This document shows, piece by piece, positions 1 to 9,182 of a stretch of DNA of 64,000 bases. Source of the DNA: an uncultured Ardenticatenia bacterium (GTDB lineage: Bacteria; Chloroflexota; Anaerolineae; 4572-78; NAK82); contig CAKZLO010000006.1 of assembly GCA_937127125.1 (NCBI GenBank), forward strand, positions 5,535-69,534. The letters run 5' to 3'. Below the pieces are notes generated by a model. It did no database searches. It was not told where the DNA came from and was given only the letters and a program-made list of their open reading frames with translations. The translations under genes and the position numbers were made by a program. Within the stretch, counting starts at the first letter, position 1. Each line of letters opens with the position of its first letter.

Positions 1-1
1 C

Positions 2-334
2 ACCACTGCGGAAGAAGGGCTAGCATTTCTGGACGAGGTCAATCACACAGCCGTTGGTCTGTTGCTCGATACCAATCATATGCTCACCGAGGAAAAGTCG
101 TGGGAGGAACCGTTCCGACGCGTAATGGCAGCAGGTCGGCTGTGGCACGTCCACCTGGCCGACAGCAACCGTCAGACACCTGGCTACGGGTTGATCGACT
201 TTGCCCCCATTATTCAGATATTGCGCGACATCGGCTATGCGCAATACCTCTCCATCGAGGTGTTCCCCAAACCGGATGCTGATACGGCAGCGCGCGATGG
301 CGTACGCTACATTCGTTCGCTGCTGACGAGGTGA
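2..334 (+). CDS. sugar phosphate isomerase/epimerase (xylose isomerase-like TIM barrel), C-terminal fragment; 5' end lies outside the window
   Basis: The frame stays open from position 2 (TTAEEGLAFLDEVNHTAVGLLLDTNHM...) into the 62..334 ORF. WHVHLADSNRQ...GLIDF...YLSIEVF resembles this TIM-barrel family. Confidence 0.6.
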   Translation, partial: TTAEEGLAFLDEVNHTAVGLLLDTNHMLTEEKSWEEPFRRVMAAGRLWHVHLADSNRQTPGYGLIDFAPIIQILRDIGYAQYLSIEVFPKPDADTAARDGVRYIRSLLTR

Positions 335-388
335 TCTTCCAAGACAACATTGCGCCTTGATCGTGGGTCATACGGAGGTGACGGGAAA

Positions 389-1174
389 ATGGGAAAAGGC
401 CTGCTAGAAGGACGTGTCGCACTGGTGACCGGTGCCAGTCAAGGGATCGGCGAGGGCATTGCCCGTGAATATGCTGCCGAGGGTGCCCTCGTGGCACTAA
501 TTGCGCGCAATGAGGAGAATCTGTGTCGCGTGGCCGCCGAGATCGAAAGCGCGGGCGGTCAGGCGAGGGTGTATGCGTTTGACGTTACCGACTACGAACG
601 TTACCGTGCGACAGTGGATGATGTCTTGCAGCGGTGGGGACACATCGACATCCTGGTCAACAACGCTGCCGTGGTGTGGTACGGCACCATCCTGGAAGAG
701 GCAGACTCCATTGAACACTGGCGACGCACCATGGCGGTTAATCTGGAAGCCACCTGGTATGGCTCAAAACTGGTGGCACCGCACATGGTCAAGCAGCAAT
801 GGGGGCGCATCATCAGCATCTCCTCAGTACAGGCGATGACCCCAAGTGGCGGTTGCGGGGCGTATTGTGCCACCAAAGGGGGCATTATCAGCATCACCAA
901 GTCCATGGCAGTCGAACTGGCGCCCTACAACATCCTGTGCAACGTCATCGCACCAGGATTTGTGCGCACCCCCATGTCCATTATTGATGGCGTGGACGAG
1001 ACCACCACCGACTGGTTTCTTAACTACTATGTGGGGATGCGCAAGATTCCCCTTGCGCGCGCCGGCCTGCCTGAGGATGTCGCTGGCACGGCTGTCTTTC
1101 TGGCGTCGGACTATTGTCGGTATCTGACCGGGCAGGTGATTATAGTTGATGGTGGCCTGAGCAGCACCTTCTGA
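389..1174 (+). CDS. short-chain dehydrogenase/reductase (FabG-like SDR)
   Basis: TGASQGIG Rossmann motif, NNAA motif and catalytic YCATK (YxxxK). GGAGGTG lies 9 nt upstream of the ATG at 389, so the ORF-track start at 350 is probably too early. Confidence 0.85.
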   Translation: MGKGLLEGRVALVTGASQGIGEGIAREYAAEGALVALIARNEENLCRVAAEIESAGGQARVYAFDVTDYERYRATVDDVLQRWGHIDILVNNAAVVWYGTILEEADSIEHWRRTMAVNLEATWYGSKLVAPHMVKQQWGRIISISSVQAMTPSGGCGAYCATKGGIISITKSMAVELAPYNILCNVIAPGFVRTPMSIIDGVDETTTDWFLNYYVGMRKIPLARAGLPEDVAGTAVFLASDYCRYLTGQVIIVDGGLSSTF

Positions 1175-1588
1175 GTGACGGAGACACATCGAGTGGACCA
1201 GATATGCTATCGCCCTATTGGGCATGTCGAGAACGAATACCCGGAGCCAGGTCCTCCGGACGCTATGCAAGAGGTCGAATCGCGCATCATCCTGCGGCCC
1301 GAACTCACCACCGGTCTGCAGGGACTCGTGGCCGGCCAGCCCATCATGGTCATATTCCACCTTCACCTGTCGCGGGGATATGAACTGCTGCAGCACCCAC
1401 GCGGAGACGTCAGCCAACCACTGCGTGGGGTGTTTGCCCTGCGCAGTCCTCACCGCCCTAATCCCATTGGCGTGAGTGTCGTGGAATTGTTGGCCGTCGA
1501 AGGCAACGTACTGCGTGTGCGCGGACTGGATGCCGTCAACAGCACGCCTGTGCTGGATATCAAACCCGCTGAGCCTAAGGAAATATGA
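1175..1588 (+). CDS. trmO: tRNA (t6A37-N6)-methyltransferase TrmO / TsaA-like (UPF0066)
   Basis: RSPHRPNPIGVSVVELLAVEGNVLRVRGLDAVNSTPVLDIKP is the characteristic TsaA/YaeB C-terminal core. A GTG start directly follows the SDR stop; an alternative GTG lies at 1193. Confidence 0.75.
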   Translation: MTETHRVDQICYRPIGHVENEYPEPGPPDAMQEVESRIILRPELTTGLQGLVAGQPIMVIFHLHLSRGYELLQHPRGDVSQPLRGVFALRSPHRPNPIGVSVVELLAVEGNVLRVRGLDAVNSTPVLDIKPAEPKEI

Positions 1589-2076
1589 CGCAACAAATAG
1601 AGCCCGATATACTCGAGCGTGAGCGAGAGGAACAGGAACACGAGGTAGCCCAGCGTGCTGCTCAATTAAACGCTCAGGGTTATCATTGATCAGAAGCGTT
1701 CGTGCTCGCCGTGGGCGAGCATCTGCTTGGACAAGTGGACGGACGCCTGTGCCAGCTGGCATGTCCCTTTGGTGGCGGAGTCGGATTGGCCCGTCAGGAG
1801 ATGTGCGGTGCGCTGAGCGGCGGGATAATGCTGATCGGTCTGCTCTACGGACGCACCCACCCCGGTCAGGATGATCGTCTCTGCCAGCAACTGGCCGCCC
1901 AATATCGCGAAGATTTCGTCCGGGAACTGACTGTCACGCGTTGTGCAGATCTCCGGGCGCTGGGTTACGGTTCTCAAGGCAAATGGCCGTGCTCCGTGCT
2001 CGTCGGGCGCGCCGTTCGTATCTTCTTGCGCACCTTGCGCCAGCACGAATCGGTGCCAGGGCAGCAAGAGACATAG
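1585..2076 (+). CDS. C_GCAxxG_C_C family putative redox protein, complete only with read-through of the in-frame TGA at 1687..1689 (candidate selenocysteine)
   Basis: The ATG at 1585 overlaps the trmO stop (ATGA). 34 sense codons (MTQQIEPDILERERGEQEHEVAQRAAQLNAQGYH) run to the TGA, and the same frame continues SEAFVLAVGEHLLG...FGGGV...MCGALSGG...RCADL...WPCSVLV to the TAG at 2076. GYH-[TGA]-SEA matches the family's G-x-x-C-x-E/Q-x N-terminal motif. Confidence 0.55.
1702..1722 (+). promoter_or_regulatory. SECIS-like hairpin downstream of the in-frame UGA
   Basis: GUGCUCGCC-GUG-GGCGAGCAU forms 8 Watson-Crick pairs plus one G-U pair with a G-rich apical loop. The loop starts 21 nt after the UGA, inside the window generally described for bacterial SECIS elements. 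Confidence 0.4.
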
Positions 2077-2757
2077 CTATTCAGCGATGGGTGGCTCGAT
2101 CTGGAAGTCTTGATTGAAGTCGTACAAGAGCTTGGTGAGGGTGGTCTGTTCGTCCACCTGAGTGATTATCTTGTGCGGCAGGCGATCTTCCACCCCGATC
2201 CAGTAGACGTCCGTCAACTGGGTATCACCCACACGCAGCGTCACCTGGACACGGTGGCACCGAATCCCTTCCACCGGTTCCTCGCCCTGGTCTGCCACAT
2301 CCCAGATGTACCTCTGGGGGATGGTCGCTTCATTCATCAGGCGACCTATGGCAGGCCATTCTTGCTTAACCCATGGGCCTTCGCCAGTGCGACTGTACAG
2401 GACATCTCCGATGGCAATCTGCTCTTTCATCTCTGTCTCAGTAATCTGACGATAGCGATCCGGTCGCACATATTCGAGCAGAGCCTGTGTTCGTCCTGCC
2501 TCATCCACGACGCGCGCGCGATAACTGCGCAGCAGAGCCAGGCGCGCCAGGGCACGCAGCACCAGTTGCTTGGTCTCGCGCCTGTCCGGTTCATCTGCCG
2601 GCGTCGTCGGAGTGGGCGTCGGGGTGATCATGCGCGCAATCTCTGCAAGGCTCGGGGCACGGGTGCGTGTCGGAGCGGCTGAGGTGCAGGCGCTCAGGCA
2701 GACAAGGACGACGGGACACACCAACATAGAGAGGAGCACGGCCCGGAAAGCTTTCAC
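2077..2757 (-). CDS. secreted lipoprotein of unknown function
   Basis: N-terminal signal peptide with a lipobox (LVCLSAC), then a Pro/Thr linker (TPTPTPTTP). No recognisable catalytic motif. Its stop abuts the stop of the convergent gene with no spacer. Confidence 0.6.
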   Translation of the reverse strand: MKAFRAVLLSMLVCPVVLVCLSACTSAAPTRTRAPSLAEIARMITPTPTPTTPADEPDRRETKQLVLRALARLALLRSYRARVVDEAGRTQALLEYVRPDRYRQITETEMKEQIAIGDVLYSRTGEGPWVKQEWPAIGRLMNEATIPQRYIWDVADQGEEPVEGIRCHRVQVTLRVGDTQLTDVYWIGVEDRLPHKIITQVDEQTTLTKLLYDFNQDFQIEPPIAE

Positions 2758-2811
2758 TGGGTTACCATCCTGCTTGCTAGCGAATATCCCATGGGGTGTT
2801 ACTGCTTCGTC

Positions 2812-3600
2812 TCAGCCGATATCGCCCATCAGATATGCCCGGGTGCGCTCATTGCATGGATTGTTGAAGACCTGCTCCGCTGGACCCGCTTCGACCAGTT
2901 CGCCCAGCCATAGGAAGACCACAAAATCGGCCAGCCGGCGTGCCTGTCGCAGAATATGGGTTACCAAGATAATGGTCATGTGCCGTTTCAGACCGCGCAG
3001 CAGGTCTTCGATGCGTTGAGCGGAAATCGGATCCAGCGCTGCAGTGGGCTCATCACACAACAAGACTTCCGGCTCCACGGCCAGCGCACGCGCCAGGCAC
3101 AGACGCTGTTGCTGTCCGGTCGAGAGAGCATGGGCTGGCGATTGCAGCCGGTCGCGCACCTCTTCCCACAAATCGGCCGCTCGCAGATACCGCTCGACGG
3201 TGGCATCAGCGTTGTCGCGTCGACACAATCCATGAATCCGTGGCCCGTAGAGGACATTATCATAGATGGACATGGGAAGCGGAAAGGGTTTCGAGGCCAA
3301 CAAACCGATACGCGTTCGAATCTCGGTCACATCCACTTTGGGGGCATAGATGTCGGTGCCATCGAGCAAGACGCGCCCGCTGATGCGCACCTCGCCGCTT
3401 GTTTCCAGCAGCCGGTTCATGCTTCTCAAGAGGGTTGTCTTGCCGCATCCGGAAGGCCCGATTACAGCCGTGATGCCGTGCGCCGGAAAGGCGACGGAGA
3501 CATCCTTCAGCGCCTGTTGTCCCCCATACCAGACGCTCAGACCTTGCACCTCGATGTGAGGACGGTCGCCCATCTCTCCCTTTTCCCTAGCGCACAACAT
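2812..3600 (-). CDS. pstB: phosphate ABC transporter ATP-binding protein PstB
   Basis: Walker [13 protein letters not shown] signature LSTGQQQRL and Walker [12 protein letters not shown], last gene after pstS/C/A. An alternative start at 3573 (MGDRPHIEV...) is possible. Confidence 0.9.
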   Translation of the reverse strand: MLCAREKGEMGDRPHIEVQGLSVWYGGQQALKDVSVAFPAHGITAVIGPSGCGKTTLLRSMNRLLETSGEVRISGRVLLDGTDIYAPKVDVTEIRTRIGLLASKPFPLPMSIYDNVLYGPRIHGLCRRDNADATVERYLRAADLWEEVRDRLQSPAHALSTGQQQRLCLARALAVEPEVLLCDEPTAALDPISAQRIEDLLRGLKRHMTIILVTHILRQARRLADFVVFLWLGELVEAGPAEQVFNNPCNERTRAYLMGDIG

Positions 3601-4474
3601 GATGCATCAGGCGACGTGACAACCAGCGGGCTACCACACTGAGTGTCAACACGATCACGGTCAAAACCAGGCCGGCGGCGTACGCGCGCTGCTGTACCGC
3701 GGGGAAGGGTGTACCGAGCTGGAAGAACACAGCCAGGGGCAGCGAGGCAACCGGCCTCAGGAGCGAGTCGGGTAGGCGATCGGTGTAACCCGCTGTGAAC
3801 AACACGGAAGCAGCATCTCCGATGCCTCGCCCGAACGCCAGCAACACCGCTGTCAGCAAACCTGCCGTCGCCTGACGCAGCAGAATTCGCGTGGCGGTTT
3901 CGAAGCGGGTGGCACCCAAAGCGTAGGACGCCTCACTGAGAGCCGATGGAATCAACCGAAACGCTTCGTCCATGCCGCGCACAATGATGGGCAATTCAAG
4001 ACATGCCAGCGCAATGATACCACCCAGCAACGAAGCGCGCAGGCCAATCCAGAGCATGATGGTGAAGGCGAACGCTCCGTATACAATGCTGGGGATGCCC
4101 CACAACACATCCATGGCCAGACGCACCAGATGTGCCGCACGCGAGCAGCCAGCATAGGTATGCAAATAAATCGCTACTGGCAGGCTGAGCAACAAGGCCA
4201 ACAATGTCGCACCACCTGCCAGACAAAGAGAACCCACGATGGCGTTCAGGATACCACCTTCCTCACCCAAATAGTACCCTCCTTTCGGCACCTGGGTCAA
4301 CATGGCCAGGCTGAGCGATGGGAGACCGCGCCAGAGCATTGTGCCCAAGATGAGCATCAGGCTGCCCAATACGATCACAAGTGAAAGACCCATCAGGAAT
4401 CGAAAGAGGTACTCCTCGAGCCGCCGCAACCGCTTCATCCCCAACTCCCCGCGCTGGCTATCCGTAACGGGCAA
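3587..4474 (-). CDS. pstA: phosphate ABC transporter permease PstA
   Basis: Polytopic permease between pstC and pstB. The likelier start is the ATG at 4438 ([10 protein letters not shown]), preceded by GGGGAG. Confidence 0.85.
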   Translation of the reverse strand: MPVTDSQRGELGMKRLRRLEEYLFRFLMGLSLVIVLGSLMLILGTMLWRGLPSLSLAMLTQVPKGGYYLGEEGGILNAIVGSLCLAGGATLLALLLSLPVAIYLHTYAGCSRAAHLVRLAMDVLWGIPSIVYGAFAFTIMLWIGLRASLLGGIIALACLELPIIVRGMDEAFRLIPSALSEASYALGATRFETATRILLRQATAGLLTAVLLAFGRGIGDAASVLFTAGYTDRLPDSLLRPVASLPLAVFFQLGTPFPAVQQRAYAAGLVLTVIVLTLSVVARWLSRRLMHHVVR

Positions 4475-5417
4475 TACGCATCAACACAAGGCGTGCACTG
4501 AGGTTGAACAACAGAACCACCACCAGCAAGAGCAACGCTGCCCCCAACAGCGCAGCGTCATACAGAGGAATGGACATCATCTCACCATAACTGTTGGCAA
4601 TCAATGCCGTCAAGGGATACGCTGCGTCGAACAGCGAACGTGGCACCTGAGGCACATTGCCCACCACCATCATCACAGCCATCGTCTCACCAAAGGCGCG
4701 GGAGAAGCCCAATATGACGGCTGCCAGGACGCCAGGTGCCGCGTGGCGCAAGACCACATATTTGATCGTCTCCCAGCGACTGGCACCCAAAGCCCATGAG
4801 GCTTCACGTAATCCGACCGGTACGGCGCGAATCACCTCTTCCGCCACCGAAATGATCACCGGAAAGACCATAATGGCCAACACGATGCCCCCTGCCAGCA
4901 CCGAATAACCCGTTGGGTTGTCTATTTGGAAGAAAGGCAACCGTGAGAGACTGCGTCCGATCTCTGAGGAAGCGATCCGCTGCACAAACGGCACCACCAT
5001 AATGACTCCCCAGATGCCAAAGATGACCGAGGGAATCCCAGCAGATACATCGATTAGAGGCTTCACCACCGCGTACACACGCCGCGGGGCGTACTCCGCC
5101 AAATAGACCGCTGTCAGCAGGCAAATGGGCACGGCGATCACCATGGCCACACCTGTCACGCACAGGGTGCCCATGATGAAGGGATAGTACCCGAAAGCGT
5201 TTTGCAGTGGCTTCCACGTGGTGGAGAGGAGCAGCTCGCCCAACGGCCTGGTGGTGAGGATGGGCCAAGCACGGGCCAACAAAACCAACCCAATCGCCAC
5301 GGCCAGCAAACTGGTCGCTGCGGACAAGGCTGTCGTGCTGCAGCCGGCTAAGCGGTCCGTGAGGCGGCGAAAAGCTAACCGTCTCTCCATATGACCCCGC
5401 ACACCAGTGTACGACAA
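4458..5417 (-). CDS. pstC: phosphate ABC transporter permease PstC
   Basis: Polytopic permease immediately downstream of pstS. The TTG start at 5417 is uncertain; an ATG lies at 5390. Confidence 0.85.
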   Translation of the reverse strand: MSYTGVRGHMERRLAFRRLTDRLAGCSTTALSAATSLLAVAIGLVLLARAWPILTTRPLGELLLSTTWKPLQNAFGYYPFIMGTLCVTGVAMVIAVPICLLTAVYLAEYAPRRVYAVVKPLIDVSAGIPSVIFGIWGVIMVVPFVQRIASSEIGRSLSRLPFFQIDNPTGYSVLAGGIVLAIMVFPVIISVAEEVIRAVPVGLREASWALGASRWETIKYVVLRHAAPGVLAAVILGFSRAFGETMAVMMVVGNVPQVPRSLFDAAYPLTALIANSYGEMMSIPLYDAALLGAALLLLVVVLLFNLSARLVLMRIARYG

Positions 5418-5418
5418 A

Positions 5419-6387
5419 TTACTTCAGCCGCGCCAGGGCAGCATCGGCTGCATCCTTGGACAACGCAACATAGCCAACAGTATCCGCCATGGGTTGTCCC
5501 TGCGTGAGCACCCACACGAGAAAAGCGCGCACAGTCCCAGAAGGCTTGCCGCGTGTCACCAGATACAGCGCACGGGCCGGAGGCGATGGATAAGTGCCCC
5601 GCACAACAGCCTCATGCGCCTGGGTCAAGGTCTGCAATACCTCCTCGGCATCCGCTATGTGATTCTCATTGACATCGATGGGCAACACTATGGCACCCTC
5701 CACCGGTTTGCCGGTGGCCATGTTGAAAGCGTAGCCGAGATTGTTGTAACCAATCCCTAGCGGGTCCTTCATCACCGCTTCCATTAAGCCGGGGTCTCCG
5801 TACACACCGATGCCCAGCAAATCCTCCTGCCGTTTGCCCAAATAGTTCGCCCACACCTCCGGGGCACCGGCAGCGTCGGAGCGAGTGTAAACGTGAATGG
5901 GATCTCTTATTTCCGGACGCCCGATCACTTGTCCCCATGTGGTAACATGACCGGTGACGTAAATGCCAACGAAGATATCTCGTGTGACCCCGCGGCGCAT
6001 CAGATCATTCAGCACTGGATTGTGAGCATTGACAATGGGGAAGACAGCATCTCGCGCCACCGGCACCGCAAAAGCACCCCGTTCCTCCTCCTCTTTCGAG
6101 ACCCCGCGCGACACCATGCCGATATCCACCACACCTCCGAGCACGTCGGCCATGCCTTTCCCCGCCCCGCCAGCGGATATGTCGAACTCCACCGCAGGGT
6201 GCTGCTTGCGAAACTCCTCGCTCCAACGCACCATAAGCGGATAGAGCGCCCAGGCACCGGAAACCGTGATGGTACCTCGCAGTTCGGACCCACTTTGCTG
6301 ATGGCTGCCCGGCTGGCAGGCCGCGACGAGGAACAGCATCGCTGTTGCCAGTAGTAATAGTAGGCGACGTATCCTAACCTGCCTCAT
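5419..6387 (-). CDS. pstS: phosphate-binding lipoprotein PstS
   Basis: Signal peptide with lipobox (LVAAC), periplasmic-binding-protein architecture, first gene of pstSCAB. AAAGGAGG lies 10 nt upstream of the ATG at 6387; the ORF-track start at 6420 is a GTG inside that RBS region. Confidence 0.85.
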   Translation of the reverse strand: MRQVRIRRLLLLLATAMLFLVAACQPGSHQQSGSELRGTITVSGAWALYPLMVRWSEEFRKQHPAVEFDISAGGAGKGMADVLGGVVDIGMVSRGVSKEEEERGAFAVPVARDAVFPIVNAHNPVLNDLMRRGVTRDIFVGIYVTGHVTTWGQVIGRPEIRDPIHVYTRSDAAGAPEVWANYLGKRQEDLLGIGVYGDPGLMEAVMKDPLGIGYNNLGYAFNMATGKPVEGAIVLPIDVNENHIADAEEVLQTLTQAHEAVVRGTYPSPPARALYLVTRGKPSGTVRAFLVWVLTQGQPMADTVGYVALSKDAADAALARLK

Positions 6388-6427
6388 TGCCCGGTTGCCT
6401 CCTTTCGGCACCTTTGCCACACGAACA

Positions 6428-7105
6428 TCACTTCAGTTCAAAAATGGCTGTGGTTGCGCGCAAGTTCTTGTCGCGTCGTGCCGGTATGCGCCGTGAGCCG
6501 GCCAGATAGATTTCTGCCGCAATGTGGATGCCACGCTGCTGGCAAAAATCTCGGAAATCTTGCACAGTGAGAGGTCGAATGCGCGGAGGAACATACCAGG
6601 GTTGGGGAAGATCTGGTGCAATTGGCATACGACCGGTGAACAGCAAGCTCAAGCGGCAACGCCAATGCCCCCAATTGGCGAAGCTGACGATAGCTCGCTT
6701 GCCGACCCGAAGCATTTCTCGCAAGATAAAATCTGGATCGTTGAGGTAGGGTAGAGTCTGGCTGAGGATAACGGTATCAAATGAGCCGTCCGGGTAGTCG
6801 CCCAGCCCTTCGTGCAGGTTGCCTTGACGCACGCTTAGCCCCTTGCGCACACACGCCAACACCCCCTCCTCAGACAGCTCAATCCCACGCCCTGTGACGC
6901 CCAACACGTCGCGCAGATAGCTCAGCAGAGTGCCATCCCCGCAACCGAGATCCAGCACCTTTTCACCCGGCCGGATGAGCTCGGCGATGGCCTGCAAATC
7001 AGGACGCAATTGCACAGGAACGCCTGTGTCGGTCACTGCTGCAACGACTCGCTCACGAATGTAGGCCACTACACGTCCCCCCTCTAACGGCACGAATCTT
7101 GCCAC
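6428..7105 (-). CDS. MetW-like class I SAM-dependent methyltransferase
   Basis: VLDLGCGDGTLL SAM-binding motif, then GIELSEEGV...FDTVILSQTL, as in MetW. The N-terminal start is uncertain because no clear RBS precedes the GTG at 7105. Confidence 0.7.
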   Translation of the reverse strand: MARFVPLEGGRVVAYIRERVVAAVTDTGVPVQLRPDLQAIAELIRPGEKVLDLGCGDGTLLSYLRDVLGVTGRGIELSEEGVLACVRKGLSVRQGNLHEGLGDYPDGSFDTVILSQTLPYLNDPDFILREMLRVGKRAIVSFANWGHWRCRLSLLFTGRMPIAPDLPQPWYVPPRIRPLTVQDFRDFCQQRGIHIAAEIYLAGSRRIPARRDKNLRATTAIFELK

Positions 7106-7314
7106 GGATGCCTGGCATGGTCAAGCGCTCCAGCCTACCCCCCGGTGTGTCAATGCACATCTGCCATAATCCAGAGACTCCTTGGGAGAACGAGGCCATC
7201 ACAGCAGCACTGCCTCGAGTCCTGACGATGACTATGGCATAGACATGCGTCGGGTGGTCGAGCTGGTCGTACAGGGGAATGTATGCTCCGGCTTGTGCAG
7301 CGAGGAACCATAGC

Positions 7315-9081
7315 TCACAAGTCGAGCCTGAGATGCAGCTCCTTCAGCTGTTCCGGCGAGACAGGTGAAGGAGCACCCGCCATCAGGTCCATAGCGCTCT
7401 GCGACTTGGGGAAGGCGATCACCTCCCGGATGTTGGGTTCACCCGCCAGCAGCATCACGAAGCGGTCGATCCCGGGTGCGATGCCACCATGGGGTGGCGT
7501 GCCGTACTCGAACGCCTCGAGCAAATGACCGAACTGCGCCTTGGCTTGCTCCAGCGACAGGCCGATGAGCTGGAATACCTTCTCCTGAACCTCGCGGCGA
7601 TGGATTCGGATGCTGCCGCCGGCGATCTCATAGCCATTGCACACCAGGTCGTACTGTTTGCCGCGCGCTTTACCCGGGTCGCTGTCCAGCAAGGGCAGGT
7701 CTTCGTCCATAGGTGCGGTGAACGGATGGTGGCTGGGGTCCCAGCGTCCTTCCTGCTCGTTCCACACCAGGAAGGGAAAATCGATCACCCAGCACAACGC
7801 CAACACCTTATTGTCGCGCAGGCCCAGGCGGTCACCCAACGCCAGGCGCAGGCGAGCCAGCGCCTCGTTGGCCACCGCCGGCCGATCAGCCACAAACAGG
7901 AGCAGATCGCCCGGTGCGGCTTCCATGCGCTGTATAATGGCATGCAGGCATTCCTGGTCAAGCGCCTTAACCAGAGGCGAACGCACTTCACCGCGATCGT
8001 CCAGCGCCATGCTAATGAGGCCCTGCGCGCCGAACGTGCGCACCAGCTCAGTCAACTCATCCACCTGTTTGCGGCTGTAGCTGGCGCCGCCCGGCAGCCG
8101 CAGTCCCTTGACGATGCCGCCGGCAGCGACAACGTCGGCGAAGACGCGAAAGGCGCTGCCAGCCACCAGGTCGGTGATCTCGACCAGCTCCATTCCGAAG
8201 CGCATATCGGGGCTGTCGGTGCCGAAACGTCGCATAGCCTCAGCATAGCTCAAGCGGGGGAAGGGCTTGAAAAGCAGCTGGCGGTCGCTGAGCTGCTCGA
8301 TGACAGCGGTATAGAGTCGTTCGACCACGTCCATCACGTCATCCCGGTCGACGAAGCTCATTTCCATATCCAGCTGGGTAAACTCGGGCTGGCGGTCGCC
8401 GCGCTGATCCTCATCGCGGAAACAGCGAGCGATCTGGAAATAGCGTTCGAAGCCGGCCACCATAAGAAGCTGCTTGAGCTGTTGTGGGCTCTGCGGCAAC
8501 GCGTAGAAGTTGCCCGGATGCAACCGGCTGGGCACCAGATAGTCGCGCGCACCCTCTGGCGTGCTCTTGAACAGGATGGGTGTCTCGATCTCGATGAAGC
8601 CTTCATCACACAAAAATTCGCGGATGAACTTGACCACGCGATGGCGCAGGATGATGTTGCGCTGCATACGCTGGCGCCGCAGGTCGAGATAGCGATAGCG
8701 CAGACGCAGCGTCTCGTCTACCAGTGCATCCTCATTAATGTAAAATGGAGGAGTTTTCGCCGTATTGAGCACTGTAAGTTGCTGAGCGGTTACCTCCACC
8801 TCGCCTGTGGGCAGATCAGGGTTCTCCATTCCTTGTGGACGGCGCACTACTATCCCCTTGACCTGAATCACATATTCCAGGCGCAGCTCGGTGGCGGCAG
8901 CATACGCCTCAGGCGAGGTGTCAGGGCTGAAGACAACCTGGGCAAGCCCCCAACGATCACGCAGGTCAATGAAGATCAGCCTGCCATGATCGCGCCGTCG
9001 GTGTACCCAGCCCGCCAGTGTGACCGTTTGCCCGATATGGCTTGGACGAAGTTCACCACAAGTATGAGATTTGAGTGGCAC
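7315..9081 (-). CDS. aspS: aspartate--tRNA ligase
   Basis: Full-length class IIb synthetase: N-terminal OB fold ([19 protein letters not shown]), motif 2 [18 protein letters not shown] and motif 3 [14 protein letters not shown]. Confidence 0.95.
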   Translation of the reverse strand: MPLKSHTCGELRPSHIGQTVTLAGWVHRRRDHGRLIFIDLRDRWGLAQVVFSPDTSPEAYAAATELRLEYVIQVKGIVVRRPQGMENPDLPTGEVEVTAQQLTVLNTAKTPPFYINEDALVDETLRLRYRYLDLRRQRMQRNIILRHRVVKFIREFLCDEGFIEIETPILFKSTPEGARDYLVPSRLHPGNFYALPQSPQQLKQLLMVAGFERYFQIARCFRDEDQRGDRQPEFTQLDMEMSFVDRDDVMDVVERLYTAVIEQLSDRQLLFKPFPRLSYAEAMRRFGTDSPDMRFGMELVEITDLVAGSAFRVFADVVAAGGIVKGLRLPGGASYSRKQVDELTELVRTFGAQGLISMALDDRGEVRSPLVKALDQECLHAIIQRMEAAPGDLLLFVADRPAVANEALARLRLALGDRLGLRDNKVLALCWVIDFPFLVWNEQEGRWDPSHHPFTAPMDEDLPLLDSDPGKARGKQYDLVCNGYEIAGGSIRIHRREVQEKVFQLIGLSLEQAKAQFGHLLEAFEYGTPPHGGIAPGIDRFVMLLAGEPNIREVIAFPKSQSAMDLMAGAPSPVSPEQLKELHLRLDL

Positions 9082-9182
9082 GCTACCTCACCTCTCCATA
9101 TGTAAATTGAACCGTTTGCTACGGCTTGCTCTGTCGCAAGCGCCCTCTAGCGCGATGTATTATCAGGGATGACCAAGAGACG

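Noticed and set aside
824-1762. A 312-aa ORF on the minus strand.
   Set aside because: It is antisense to the SDR and trmO genes. It has no motifs and an Arg/Ala/Gly-rich shadow composition.
1702-2076. Taking the GTG at 1702 as the true start of the C_GCAxxG_C_C gene, with no recoding.
   Set aside because: Not fully excluded. It is disfavoured because it would delete the family's first conserved Cys motif. It would also ignore the 34 upstream in-frame sense codons, which begin at an ATG coupled to the trmO stop.
7489-9105. A 538-aa ORF on the plus strand.
   Set aside because: It is exactly antisense to the well-supported aspS gene. Its translation is low-complexity and rich in Ala, Leu, Gln and His, typical of shadow ORFs in GC-rich DNA.
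9082-9182. A T-box or other leader upstream of aspS.
   Set aside because: There are only about 100 nt between proA and aspS. That is too short for a T-box, and no specifier or antiterminator features are seen.
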